From NCBI GenBank assembly GCA_964252035.1, contig OZ176204.1: a DNA stretch of 64,000 nt, one strand, 5' to 3'. Within the stretch, counting starts at the first letter, position 1; the number at the start of each line of letters is the position of its first letter. This DNA comes from Podarcis erhardii. Its lineage: Eukaryota. Shown one piece after another: positions 38,335 to 50,897 of this stretch. The notes beneath the pieces were generated by a model. The model was not told the DNA's origin and searched no databases. It worked only from the letters and a program-made list of their open reading frames with translations. The position numbers and the translations under genes were made by a program.

Positions 38335-38702
38335 GGGACGCAGGTGGCACTGTGGTCTAAACCACAGAGCCTAGGGCTTGCTGATCAGAAGGTTGGCGGT
38401 TCAAATCCCTGCGACGGGGTGAGCTCCTGTTGTTCGGTCCCAGCTCCTGCCCACCTAGCAGTTCAAAAGCACGTCAAGTGCAAGTAGATGAATAGGTACT
38501 GCTCCAATGGGAAGGTAAACAGCGTTTCCGTGTGCTGCTCTGGTTAGCCAGAAGCGGCTTGGTCATGCTGGCCACATGACCTGGAAGCTGTCTGCGGACA
38601 AACGCCGGCTCCCTTGACCAATAGAGTGAGATGAGCGCGCAACCCCAGAGTCGTTTGCGACTGGACCTAACGGTCAGGGGTACCTTTATCTTTACCTTTA
38701 AG
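38335..38702 (+). mobile_element. Sauria SINE, full length, with 10-bp TSD
   Basis: GGGACGCAGGTGGCACTGTGG ... TACCTTTATCTTTACCTTT; TSD TAAAGTAAAA at 38325-38334 and 38703-38712. Confidence 0.94.
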
Positions 38703-39374
38703 TAAAGTAAAAATAAAATAAGGTCGCAGGAGATGCAGCTGGGAAATGTTCTGGAGTAGAGGCAGAAACACTCATCACCTCACCATCCTTCTGGAAATGC
38801 CTGCCACAACCCACTCACCTGTTTTACACAACCAGTTCAATCTATTCCATTCCAATATCACAAGCAGCCCAAGATAATGATTCTAATAATAGCCCTAGTA
38901 AAATCAATGGGGATTTCCATGTTGTCACTCAGCAGATTTCACTACTTGGGAAAGTGGAAGATTTCTCATGCTTTACAGAAAGCCCCAGCTATGGATCTAC
39001 ACAGGGTTCCCCAACATTTTAAAATCCCAATGCAGTAGAGTATTAAGCATGACTCAGAATATTGCATTGAAGATTCTGTGAATGTCACCCGTTCAAATCA
39101 TGGAATGCCTGGGCTGTGTGTATCAAGGAGAGCAACAGCAATTTAAGAATATTTGTTCTTATCACCAATGCTTAGATCAGCCTTTTGCCAATTCTATGGA
39201 GGATGGGAATTGTAGTCCAAGACATCTGAGGGACTCACGGTGAGCTTAATGGGTTTGTAGGGTCTACAGAAGCCTAAGCCACACAGCTGAATAAATACCA
39301 CAAGCAGAAAGGACTCATGGCTCCAAATGTTTACAAGAGAAGAGCCAGGGACAGTTTCTAAGATTGCAGTGTGT

Positions 39375-39430
39375 TTTATTCTATAGTCTTTCCCGTACAT
39401 GTAACAAAGCCTTTCCCTGGCAGGTTTAAT
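39375..39430 (-). terminator. Candidate SFXN2 polyadenylation signals (ATTAAA 39425-39430, AATAAA 39375-39380)
   Basis: First canonical hexamers I found on the minus strand after the stop codon; would imply a 3' UTR of about 2.5 kb. Unverified. Confidence 0.35.
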
Positions 39431-40832
39431 GACGTGAGCTTTCTTGACCCAATAAGCAACACTGAATGTCAGTTCATCCTGAACAAATCCAAGAATGGCA
39501 AAAAGCAAAAAATATTCCAATACTTTGCCATCCAATATGGCAGACTTTGGCTAGCACCAGCATAAACAAATATACATACACAATTGGGCGACATTTAACA
39601 TAAAAATAATAAAACACATATAAAAATCAGTAAGCTCTTGGATTCAAACAGTCATTTTCAATGCAAGGCAAATCAGATGCTTAAAATAAATTGCTGCTTA
39701 AAATATCTACCAACAAGGGACAGACTCTCATCATAATTTGGCACATGTACCTTAAATGAATACCTTGCATGAGTGTCTTCCTGCCCATCAAGCATTCTAA
39801 TTTCTGCGTGCAAGAACTTGATTTGCATAATGAAAGTATTTACTATTTAAAAAGAGCACATTTCAAGTGTTCAGAATACATTATCTCAATAATCATTACA
39901 ACAGTTAACTTCAAGATTGGTTAGTATTATCACCTATGGGTTGGAGATGGGGTCTAAGGCTGAGATGCAGGACTAAGGCTTACCTAAAGCCACCTAGTGA
40001 GTATGTGGCTGACAGAAGATTTCAGTAAAGGACCTGCTCAACTTACACCTGAGTGAGTGGAAGCATCAGATGTGTGTTGTCTCCAGAATAGTGCAACACC
40101 CTGGTTTGGGAGAGGTAGAAAATATGTGCTATTTGCATCCTTAACCAGCTGCACGGACAGCATGTGTCTGCACGTAGGCCCCACAGCTGCTTTTCTGTTA
40201 ACCCCGGGTGCTGCCAAAGAATCAGCATGGGAAATGTCAACTATTTAGAGTCAGTCTTAATACTATCCTAAGCAAACAGGGCAACTTGCACTTCTCAATA
40301 AAGTGGCAAACCTGTGTTTGGAAATTACTTCAGAGTACAGATGGGGGAACACACATAATGTATGTTCTTCTGGGGACCTTTCTAGCCTTACACTACTCAT
40401 GTTGTTTTTCTGTGCTGTATGTGGGTGTATTTGTGTTTTTTGTACAGAGAAGCATTCAGTTATGTGAACACTCACCTACACTCTAAAGTGGTACAGGCCA
40501 GACAAAGGGATGGACAACCCGAAGCCTAAGGGCCAAATGCAGCCCTCTGGATCTCTATCTGGTCTTTGAGACTCTTCCCAGGTCACATGCCATCCCCTGC
40601 CCTGCTCCCCACCTTCTCTGAGAGTTTTTGCCTGTCTGGAATGTGTTCTTGAACTCTTACACTGTCTCTTGCATGCCTGGATGGAGGTTGGGGGGGGGGG
40701 AGGTTTGTGTGTGTGTAGACCCTAGCCTATAGTAAAAAGGTGTGCTTTACATTTGTTGCTCTGCCCACTTTCATCTCTGGCTCCACCCACCACTGGCCTG
40801 TGGGCCCCAGCAGGTTGACCAGAAGGGAATGT

Positions 40833-40956
40833 GGACAGCTCAGTTGGTTAGAGCTTGGTCCTGATAACAACAAGGTTGTAGGATTAAATCCCCATATGGG
40901 TCAGCTGCATATTCCAGCATTGATCCTCAGGGTCCCTCTTCCAACTCTATTGATTC
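40833..40956 (+). mobile_element. tRNA-derived SINE with CR1 tail (Squam3-like), internally deleted
   Basis: AGCTCAGTTGGTTAGAGC..CTGATAAC..AAGGTT head; GGTCCCTCTTCCAACTCT tail. Confidence 0.72.
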
Positions 40957-41794
40957 GAAGTGCTGGGGCTGAAAATAATTCACCACCCCTAGAAAGTACT
41001 CAGGGAGAACTAGGTTGCTACTGCATGAGCTGGTGGAATATTATTTTTCTCTGGAAAGGAATACTGGGAGGCAGAACATATAGGCTCATCTTTCCAAATG
41101 AAAAAAGAAAACAGGTTTCACATTCACCTCTCTCCCCAGTAGCCCATCTGTGCATGCATAGAAAATATATGTCCCACAGTGGTTCTTGAAAAGCAGTGGT
41201 GGCAGAAACATTATTCTAGTCCCATTCTCTTGATTGACTTGAGTTTGGGCCTATAGCCTTCCAGATGCTGGTGGGCTATGACTCCCATCATCTCTGATAG
41301 CTGGTCATGCTGGCTACAGCTGATGGGATCTGGAATCTAACAACACATGGAGGTCACAAGTTGACCACCTTTTGCAGGGTGTGCTTAAACGATAATTTCC
41401 TACACTGACCCCAAGTCACCTACCTTTACATGATTTATCTTAATGATTAAGCAGAGGAAATTGGTCCATCTGAAGGCACATGAGCAAATCAACACCATAG
41501 TGATACAGACCTATATTTTGATTTTGAGTCATCCAGTATGAAGCCCACAGTAACTTCCCCATTTCACATCTATTTGGAGGTTTTGTACCCTTTAGGAACC
41601 ATGAAAGATTTTGACAAAGATAAGCTTAGCAGAGATTGCCTTGGAAAGACAAAATGAGGCACCCAGTTGGAAATCCCAAAGTTGCATAGAACACAGATAA
41701 CGTATCAGAACGGAGCAGGAACTATATGGCCGGGAAGGTGGAGGAAAAATCCATAGTGAGGTTACAACACCTATCCCTGTGAGGAGTGCTGTAC

Positions 41795-41915
41795 AGCTAA
41801 GAGCTTCATAACAGCCAGACTGGATCAGGCCAAAGGTCCAACTAGCCCAGCACCCCATTTCTCACAATGGCTAACAAGACACTTCTCGGAAGCTCAAAGG
41901 CAGAGCACGAGTGCA
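41795..41915 (-). mobile_element. CR1-like 3' fragment at the start of the SFXN2 3' UTR
   Basis: CTGGATCAGGCCAAAGGTCCA.CTAG.CCAGCA matches a remembered squamate CR1 3' end. Confidence 0.6.
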
Positions 41916-41947
41916 GGTCCAGGCAGCTCCCGAGGTAGAGGCTTCAT

Positions 41948-42047
41948 TCACAATCCCTTGTTAAAATAGACATAAGGCACACTGTCTCCATGTCTGGCCA
42001 CAATCGATTGCCAGAGATCAGGCTCCAAATGTGAAAGGGCAATGGAG
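41948..42047 (-). CDS. SFXN2: Sideroflexin-2, last coding exon (100 nt including TGA)
   Basis: SIALSHLEPDLWQSIVARHGDSVPYVYFNKGL*, ending in the sideroflexin YFNKGL motif. The 11 exons sum to 969 nt in one frame. Confidence 0.97.
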
Positions 42048-42730
42048 CTGGAAAGGAAAAGAAGAAAAGACTTGGTCCTCTATGTAGCTCAAGGCTGCCT
42101 AATATAAAGTGACATGGGAATGGGAGCCAATTAGGTGCAAAAAAAGTCACGTAAGATTTTGTACCCTGCCACGCACTACTTTTCTATAATTCTGGGCAAG
42201 TCACTTAATTTTGCCAGGTCTCCCCTAAAGGAATGGAGAGAGAACTGTAGTCTAGCAGGTGGGACAAGGACTGGCTATGCACCTGTTATGGGTAAAGAAA
42301 CCATTCACAATCGGCTTTCCTGGTGCTAGCTGTAAATTTTAACTGAACAGTTTGATGAAGCAGAGGCTTGCTTAGGAGAGCCAGTCTGCAGCTGCGCTTG
42401 CTGCCAGGCTCTTTGTGTCACGTTTCTAGAGCACTGCGGAGAGTCTAGGCAACATGGATTTCAAGCTGGCAGCAAAACTGCCCTTGCCTTTGTTCTCCCG
42501 AAGAGTAAGAACAGAAAAATGGAGGCAGATATCGAAATCAGTATTAAGTGAATCACTTAATACACTCCCTTGCAAACTCGGCCACATGGTAGATTCCATA
42601 TTTATGTGTGTGCATCGCAAGGCTTGTCTGCAAAACCCATCCTGAGTGGAACTGACACATAAGTCCCAGTCAAAGACAAAATGTTGTGGGTGTGTTTCTT
42701 TAGAAAATGTCTGGGAACCAGTGCCATAGT

Positions 42731-42778
42731 AAATGTTATAGTAAATAGTAAATATAGTAAATAGTAAATAGTAAATAG
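42731..42778. repeat. (AAATAGT)n heptamer tandem repeat
   Basis: About 6 imperfect units. Confidence 0.85.
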
Positions 42779-43248
42779 TTATGTACAGAGTCCACAGTTT
42801 TGCTTGTGTATGGAAGCGCAGAGGGAACACCCTGAATTAAAGAGCCACACACTTAGTGCCCCCCACTCCAAGCTAAGAGGCCAGAGAAGCTCTTTACTTA
42901 GTCCAGAATCCTTCTGCTGGCTTCTTTCTCAAGGAAATTCAGTGTCACCAATTAGGAAGCCAGTCCTATTGAACTTGTGGGATTTCATTTTAGAGTAAAC
43001 ATGGCACAGGAGTGAATTGCAATTTTGGCTGCACACCAACATGAATCATTCCTGTGTGGGAAAGATTAGGTAATTATTAAATTATACTATGCCTGCTCAC
43101 AAAATGATGAGCAAATATCAATCAGCTGAAGGCACATGTGGTTGAAGACATGTGGCAATGCTGCCCTCCCAAGCCAGGAAGATACCAGAATTGTATAGGG
43201 AAGTCAACAGAGAGAATGTATAAAAAGAGAGAGGGCTAAGACTTGTAC

Positions 43249-43296
43249 CTTCGTTGTGGGAAGAGTGCACAGGCAACCGGGACCATGAACACAAGG
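43249..43296 (-). CDS. SFXN2: Sideroflexin-2, coding exon 10 (48 nt)
   Basis: LVFMVPVACALFPQR(S). ttgtag| and |gtacaa, phase 2-2. Confidence 0.95.
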
Positions 43297-43642
43297 CTAC
43301 AAGGCAAAGGCAGACTGTTAGAAATAAGGTTCAATTTTTTCTAGACAGCAAACCCAGCATTGCTATTCCACCTTCAAAACTGCTAAGAGAGAGGCTATAC
43401 ACATGGAAGAATTTTTCACACAGAAACGCTACTATTGCATCTTGACTACTCCCCATTGCTTTTCCTCATCTGAAATCACCTGGTCACTCAACAGCTGTTG
43501 TGCTACAGAAGTAACCTGTAAAGTCTCTTGTGGGTATCCAAAGAGCTGTTTTATACCATACCCATTACCCACCACATTTAGTTTTGCCGTCTGTGCCTTA
43601 GGTTAGTACTCATGAAGGCAATATGACACACATAATACTTAC

Positions 43643-43692
43643 AACCCTCCAACAAGTATCGTTTGCAATGGAGCATGGAGAACCTGGATTTT
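43643..43692 (-). CDS. SFXN2: Sideroflexin-2, coding exon 9 (50 nt)
   Basis: KIQVLHAPLQTILVGG(F). tggcag| and |gtaagt, phase 0-2. Confidence 0.94.
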
Positions 43693-43751
43693 CTGCCAAG
43701 AAAGCAACAGATAAGAAAGTAAGAAACCAAACTTTCATACCTTAGTACAAC

Positions 43752-43885
43752 GGTGGGAACCCATGGCCTTCCAGCTGAAGTTGGGTGCCAACTCCTATCA
43801 GCCCCAGCAAGCATGGCCAATGGTCACAGATGATGGGGACAATAGTACATCAAACATCTAGAGAGCCACATGTTCCCCATCCATG
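43752..43885. mobile_element. Short palindromic MITE, same family
   Basis: GGGAACCCATGGCCTTCCAG ... CTAGAGAGCCACATGTTCCCC. Confidence 0.65.
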
Positions 43886-44289
43886 CCCTCTTCTCTGTTG
43901 GGATCTGACAATGCTGAACACATACTATGGAAGTCAGAAAGTGGCTAGGTTTTGCTTCAGTGTTTTGGCGGCCAGTCTGCCCTAGTGCTAAATTTACAGA
44001 GCTGTTCCAAGAGATAAAACCATGTAAAATTCAAACAGACAAGCTATAGGATAGAGGCTTGTGGGAAATCAGACATTGTTTAGGTTGAATGCGATAACCA
44101 TAGACCCAATCTAGCATCCTGAACTGATTAAAGGTTCTCTAGCATCAATCAATCTGACACAGGTTACCCTACTTCACTCTAAAAGTGGGTAGGCAACTCC
44201 ACCACATTACAGTGGAAACTTGTTCCACTGTCTGGTTGATCTCATGGTGAACAAGCTTTTTCTGCTATTCAACCTATTTCTGTGCTGCT

Positions 44290-45135
44290 ACAACTAGATC
44301 CATTTTCTCTTGGCCCCTCCAAGACTTTCATTGCTTCCATATGCCACATCCAAGAGAGGGTTTCACTAAAGACTATACCCTGGTATATAAATGAGCAAGT
44401 TTGTTCTACAGTTTGCTGATCCAAGCACCATTTATACCTACGACTGTGTTTGCCAAAAATCATAATCTTGGTCTTAGAGGAATTTATAGATAGGCTTTCC
44501 TGTTTATAGTATGTGCTGAACACCTCCAAGAGATTTTTGAGGCCCAATTGAGAAAGAGAGGAGAACTAAATCATCTGCATACATCAATATTGAGAGCTTT
44601 CTATTTCTAATTACTGGAGAGAGGGAGTTTGTGTTGGCTATATTTGGCAACAGATCATTACTATAAAATTTTAAAAGAGTGGAAGCCAGAATGCAACTTG
44701 CTTCACTCAAGACATTTTAAAAGCACCAGTCATTTAAACCATCTCTGATCCTCATTTCTGTATTGCTGTATAGTTCTTGGATCAATAGCAGAAGCCTGCA
44801 GTCAGGGTTAGCAATCTGAAATTTCTTCCACAGTCTGTTTCAATTAATAGAGTTGAATGCAGCAGAAAGATCAATAAAGGTTACATAAAGATTATTCTTA
44901 ATGTTCTTAGTTTATTTCCTTACAATATGGTTCAGAGTAAAACATTAATCAATGGTGCTGTGTCTTCCTCTGAATCCTGCTTGTTATTCATGAATAATGT
45001 TATTTTGCAACCAGTCTGATAATTTTTGAAGGTGATACTGTGCATATAGCTTTGAGAAGATGGCCAGCAAGCCAATCAGCCAATAGTTTTGCGGATCCGT
45101 CCTATCCCCCTTTTAAATTGGGAAAATGGTACTCA
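44290..45135 (-). mobile_element. Old non-LTR retrotransposon, near-complete RT domain, in the SFXN2 intron after coding exon 8
   Basis: FKKGDRTDPQNY..IGLL..FSKLYA..QAGFR..HSTID.CFTL..LYVTFIDLSAAFNSI..RLW..ELYSNT..CILA..YADDLVLLS..INSSKTKIMIF, with stops and frameshifts. Confidence 0.9.
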
Positions 45136-45190
45136 TTTTCCATACAGAGGGCAGAAAATGGTGTTAAGGTATACTTCTAGAGCTACTTAC

Positions 45191-45240
45191 CTTCATGAAA
45201 GGATATTTTTCTAGTCTCTCCATTATGATGGGCAACAAAA
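45191..45240 (-). CDS. SFXN2: Sideroflexin-2, coding exon 8 (50 nt)
   Basis: (I)LLPIIMERLEKYPFMK. ctccag| and |gtaagt, phase 1-0. Confidence 0.95.
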
Positions 45241-46624
45241 CTGGAGAAAAAGAGAGCATTGGTTTATTCTAAGAAGAGATGTGGGATATTAAAGAGCCTT
45301 CCCTCCCCCGCTTCTCTGCCACTCCATGTATGCATGCTATGTAAACTTCAGCAGCGGAAGAGCCTGATTTAAGAAGCCACACAGACACAAAATATCTCTC
45401 CCTAGAGTCCACCCAGGAGGACTCTCCTTTCTTGATAATGCCCATGTATCCTGGCTCAAGGGAACTAATGGCATGCAAGATGCAAAAACCCAAAACAAAC
45501 AGTGGGCAATAGCATCTTCACTGAGCAGCTCATCACCACATTTGCAGGTGCTCCTATTAACAGCACTTTAAATGGTTTATAATCAATACACGTCCAAATG
45601 CTTATGGCACTGAAGATATTTTAAGCACTCTGCAACAAACCTCTTCTGGTTTGAAGTGATTTTATGTTGGGAGTCCAGGAGGACTTAGCCACATCAGAAT
45701 GCCCAAACAGATAAAGATGGCAAGGTTCCTCCAATGGCGACTTCTTAGCACACACCATCTATTAAAGTATGAGGAATAAATTTCCATGTACAACTAGTTT
45801 TAAAAGCTCTTCCTCAGCCTAGCCCTGCAGTGCAATAAGCAAACAGCGCACAGCCACATGCTCAGAAAGTATTCTCTTGCAGCTTTAGGCTTGTAAGATA
45901 CAGATGAGAGGAATGGGGAAGGGGATTACTCAGATTTCCTGAGGTAGAGACAGGCCTTATTTTAGAGACTTCATTGGGGGGGTGGGGGTGGAGGGGTCTT
46001 AGCATAATGACTCTCTTCTGCATTAGAGCAGTTTGCTTTCTGAACACCATAGTAAGAGCCAGATGAAATACAGTTTCAAAAGCCCACAACATTACTCACT
46101 AGAGCAGTGGTTCCCAATTTCGCTACTACCCACCCTCAAGGACCAATTGCGAATTGTGGCAGTTCACTTAACCCCCCCCCCCCCAAATCATTATCAAAAC
46201 AAGTACCATATTATGAAAATCATTGGGCCCTGAACTGGTAAAATTATAGGGGAAAATTAGTACACTACACCAATGCAGTGTTATGAAAGTAAAACAAAAT
46301 ACAGGACAAGCTCTAGGTCCGTTCAGTAAAAATGGCCCCGATCAGCTGGATCAGAACAAATCAGCTAGGGCGGACAATGAGGGAAGTTGAGTATAGGGCC
46401 AAGGTACAGGTATTCTCAAGTGTTCTACAATCTTCCTGAGTGGAGCTTGCAGACTATAGTTTGGTCTGCTTCTTAGGAGAGATCATTGACTGGAGGTAAA
46501 ACTTCATACCTATCCTCCTCCTCCTCCTCAGCTGAAGCTACTTTACATTAATAATCCATGTGTCATCTTTGGTGCCCATCCCATAATCTACTTGCCAAGC
46601 TATAGTTCAAAGGCTTTGCCTTAC

Positions 46625-46691
46625 TCATGCCAGGAGCAGCCATGGCGACGCGGGAAACCACCACCTGAGTTATCCCCTGGATCGCAGCTCT
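46625..46691 (-). CDS. SFXN2: Sideroflexin-2, coding exon 7 (67 nt)
   Basis: RAAIQGITQVVVSRVAMAAPGM. tttcag| and |gtaagg, phase 0-1. Confidence 0.96.
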
Positions 46692-46982
46692 CTGAAAGAA
46701 AGAGTCATGTTGTTCTTCAAATGATGACACACACAGAGGACCAATCATCTCAGAATGGCTGGCATCAGGCAGTGAGGGGAAATGCCTGGGCTGGAGACTT
46801 CTTGGTTTAAGTCTGTCTCCAACACTCAGATGGGCACTTTCATTTTGAGAAAGCATAGGTAAGGATGGGAAATGAAGAGAGCGCACAACCCTTTGACAGA
46901 AAATAGGGATACATTAAACATGGCTCCAACAGCAAGAGGATCAGCTACAAATGCTCCAGTGCACCTTGATGTTCCCATGGGA

Positions 46983-47112
46983 CAGGAGGGCGGAACCTGT
47001 GGCCCTCCAGATGTTGTTGGACTGTAGCTCCTATCTGCCCCAGCCAGCATGACCAATGGTCAGGGATGACGGAAGATATAGGCCAGCAACATCCACAGGT
47101 TCCCTACTCCTG
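46983..47112. mobile_element. Short palindromic MITE, same family
   Basis: CAGGAGGGCGGAACCTGTGG ... CCACAGGTTCCCTACTCCTG inverted ends. Confidence 0.75.
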
Positions 47113-48446
47113 CTACAGTGGCGAGCCCATCTTCTGCTTTCCCTCTCTCTGTTGGTGCCCTACAGGACTCTGCTCTTGGCCCTCTGCTCTTCTTGACACA
47201 CGGCCTTTGGGTGACCTCATCAAATCCCACACTGCTGCCCAAGTCACTTATGTTTCTTTAGGGATCCATCATCGTCATCTCAAGCTCAACATGTGCAACA
47301 TTAAACTTCTGATCTTTCATTCCAATCTGTTCTCTCTTTGAATCCACACCAACAGCAGCACTGTCTGTTCTGTTAAACTGGGAGATAACGATAGGCATGT
47401 CCCTCTCTTTTGTTCCTCATATTGAGTCTGTAGCCGGCTCATGTCACTTCTCCCTTTTACAAGAGAGGTTGGGAAACTGCAGCCCTTGGTGGAGAGAGAA
47501 GGAAGAAGCTCATACGGATGAAGCAATGGAAGCAAGTGATCTGACCCTGCTCCAGCAGCTCGCTGCACAAGAAAAGAAAAAGGGGTTGACAGAAAGAGAG
47601 AGAAGGAGAGGAGGACTACATTTGCCCCCTAACTGCACGTGACACCCCCACCCCCACTGATCTTCCCGGGGGAATGTGGCCCTTGGCAAAGGGGTGTTAC
47701 CCACCCCTGATTTACAACACTGCAGAAACACAGCCCTTCCTCTCTGGCATCTCAGCAAAAACTGAACTATGCTCTGGTCATCTCTTGCCTGGGCTTACAT
47801 TGTCTCACCAGAGTTCCAGCTGAAGAATGTTGTCCGAATGCTGTAACGAACTGAAATCACTGCACGTCCTCCCCCTATTTACCCTTGTCTCCATTGTTTT
47901 CCCTGTGCCAGATTTCAGACTGCAAGTAGGGGCCTGTTCTCTAAGGATGTTTCTTTTAGAAAGTATTATCTGAAGGTCAACAAGCTTCGTGTTTCGGCAG
48001 AGCAAGAGATACGAAAATATGCCACTTGGGCTTTATTTGTAGCAGAACTGGGAATAGCAAAGCGTCCAATGCTACCTACAAAGAATCTGCATAGCATCTG
48101 CATTCTGGGTTCTTTCTTTAGACATCTGTGTCATGAAGAATGCATGGTGTGTGCCAATGCAAGCTGAAACATATCTTGTTCTCTGCTAAAGCGATTTTTG
48201 AGTGCGGCTCCAGCTCTCGGGGTCGGAAGGCAGATTAGAAGCTTAAAGCAAGAACCCTTAAAATCATAAGCAGGCAGTAGTGCAAGCCAGTGACCACCAC
48301 ACCAACTCCACAAGATAGATAGGTTTGGTTCTTTTGGGATGCCAAAAGTCACTTATCTGAAGCAGCCATCACTTCCTCAAGAATATCACCTGATGAAAGG
48401 TTATTGCCTATGAAAGTTTATTGGACACAAATAAATCTTTAAGGCA

Positions 48447-48582
48447 AGGATGGAGAACCTGTGGCCCTCCAGATGTTGCTGGACCACAGTTCCCATTATA
48501 CCTGATAAATAGCCATGCTGGTTGAAGCTGATGCAGGTTGGGAATTCAGCAACATCCAGAGAGCTGCAGGTTCCCCCTGCCT
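48447..48582. mobile_element. Short palindromic MITE, same family
   Basis: GGAGAACCTGTGGCCCTCCAGATGTTGCTG ... CAGCAACATCCAGAGAGCTGCAGGTTCCCC. Confidence 0.75.
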
Positions 48583-49231
48583 ACTCAAAGTCAGAGGTGG
48601 GGATCTGGATCCGGCTAGCAGGTCAGACTGTTCTCTCTTCCACCTCTTGCTGGCCCATGATTGACATGTAGGCAAAGCCCCTTGCAAAAGTGCTATCTTG
48701 TGGAGCACTTTGAAAGGGGCACAGCAAGACTCCGCCATCAGCCAGCAGTCGGGTCTTGCAGAGTGCTTTGCAGACACTAATAATTTTGGCTGAGTCAGGT
48801 CATTGGCTGCCCCACATCTGATGCCATATAACACAACAGGTGTAGAACAGGTAGGCATGGCTTGGGTGCAGCGGCCTGAGAGGCAAAATGCAGAGGTCTG
48901 GCAGGCCTAATTAGGCCTGGGGCCAGAGGTTCCAGAAGCCCAGTTTTAGGACATAACAGTAGCTTTCATCTTTTCACAACTCCCTGTTGCCCTTTCTTCT
49001 CTCTCCCCCAAATGCTGATATTGTGCCCGACTCCCAAATCCTCCTTAGGATGGGGAGAACACAAGTACACAAAAAGGGCAGCATTTTAAAACCTGAAGTG
49101 CCTGCATATCCAGGTCTCTCAATTCCTTTGGCTGTCAGCCACACAGGCAAGACAAATTCCAAATGCTTTGTTCCTCCAAACACAGCAATGATGACGCTAC
49201 ATCTCCAAACTCCTGAGATGATGGTACTTAC

Positions 49232-49292
49232 CTTGGACTTGCCCAGAGGGTTGTCGTTCTCATCAGTCACCGTGATCCCATTTATGAGTTCC
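49232..49292 (-). CDS. SFXN2: Sideroflexin-2, coding exon 6 (61 nt)
   Basis: ELINGITVTDENDNPLGKSK. atttag| and |gtaagt, phase 2-0. Confidence 0.95.
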
Positions 49293-49980
49293 CTAAATGC
49301 GAACACAAACACACCATCTCAGACATTGCGACCGACTCTGCTGAACTTTAGAACACCCACACTTTTGAGACCACCACGCTCAGCATCTGAAGCATGCTTC
49401 TTCCTTCCCTCTGCACAACAAACACCCCTGCTTTGGTCAGGACATTCAGCCTTCATTCTCATGATCCTCACAGCACCAAAAGAGAGAGCCTTGAAGAACA
49501 GCTCAAAGAGAACACAGGAGATGGAAACAACAACAGCAAGACGCTGTTACATGTGGATCCTCGGAACATCACATTTCACTTTTTTATGTGCAAACAATAG
49601 ACACCGACTCTGTCTGATTCAGACAGTCTGAGGCTCTCTGATTATGTCATGAAATTATGACATAATTATATATTGTTAGGCACCAGGCAAAAACATTCCT
49701 TTTCTCCCAGGCCATTGGCTAATTAAGCCAATTAATTTGGCTAATTAAAACATAGGGGGTATTATTTTCTCTGCCATTATTTCACATATTTCCTGTTTTT
49801 ATATTGTAAATGAGCCTGTGATCCTCAGTTGAAGGGTTGTATATCAATTTAATAAATACATAAAATAAATAAATGAAACATGAGAGGATGCCTAGAACAG
49901 CAAAAGGACCCAGATTCCCAATCCCAAGAAAACCCTAAGCCACCATTATCTTAAAATGACCTAAGGGTGGTGGTGGGGAG

Positions 49981-50346
49981 CAGCGGTGGAGCATCTGACT
50001 GCGCTGCCCAGAATGGGCGCACTCCCAAGGTGGGTGGGGCGCGGAGGGTGCCCTCCCAGGCACAGGATAGCCGCTTGGGTGCAGAGAGCGGCATGCGCAC
50101 CCTGCAGCTGGGGGCGGAGCGAGCCATCGATGGCAGACATTCAGCGTGCCACCTGCCTGTGACTCCCAAGCCTTCCCCAGCTGTCAAAATGAAGGGGGAA
50201 GGGAGGAATGCCACTGGCAAAGTGGTACAGCTCCCCCCTTCCCCCGACGGCTGGGGGTAGGCTTGGGAGTCGTGCCAAATGTCAGCCCCCTCAGCGAAGG
50301 CACCCAGGGCGATCCGCCCCCACCGCACCCCCTTCCTCCATCCCTG
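49981..50346. mobile_element. GC-rich hAT MITE with perfect 8-bp TSD
   Basis: TIRs CAGCGGTGGAG / CTCCATCCCTG; TSD GTGGGGAG at 49973-49980 and 50347-50354. Confidence 0.88.
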
Positions 50347-50680
50347 GTGGGGAGGCATTAGAGTTGGTTATAGGACAGTCAGAATTGACTGGCACAGCTA
50401 CAGTCAACTTGCAGCAGATCAGCAAGTGAGTCCCAGCTCCAAACAGCAAGAAATCCACTCACCCCTTCTAAATTAAGTTGCTGAAATAAACAAAACTTGA
50501 GGCAGAAAGCTGTAACGGGCATGTTTGTGTATGAAAGGAGTATGAGCTTAGCTCAGGTACCAAAAACAAATTCTTGAGCTGCACACGTACCCAGAGGCAC
50601 TCTGGTTCATTAGTTCTGAGTGTACACATGTCCCCCAAGCCTCCTTTTGTAGCTCGCTCAAGTTCGTGGGGTTCTATATA

Positions 50681-50897
50681 CAGTGGTACCTCTAGTTACG
50701 AACTTAATTCGTTCCAGAAGTCCATTCTTAACTTGAAACTGTTCTTAACTGCTTTCATTAATGGGGCCTCTTGCTGCCACTGCGCCGCTGCCACACGATT
50801 TCCGTTCTCATCCTGGGGCAAAGTTCTCAACTTGAGGTAACTCTTCCAGGTTAGCGGAGTTTGTAACCTGAGGCGTTTGTAACTCGAGGTACCACTG
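50681..50897. mobile_element. Tigger/pogo-like MITE (variant)
   Basis: TA|CAGTGGTACCTCTAGTTACG ... TAACTCGAGGTACCACTG|TA. Confidence 0.9.

Noticed and set aside
48987-49631. Longest ORF in the track (214 aa, plus strand)
   Set aside because: Antisense to an SFXN2 exon, no domain similarity, no supporting splice or promoter context.
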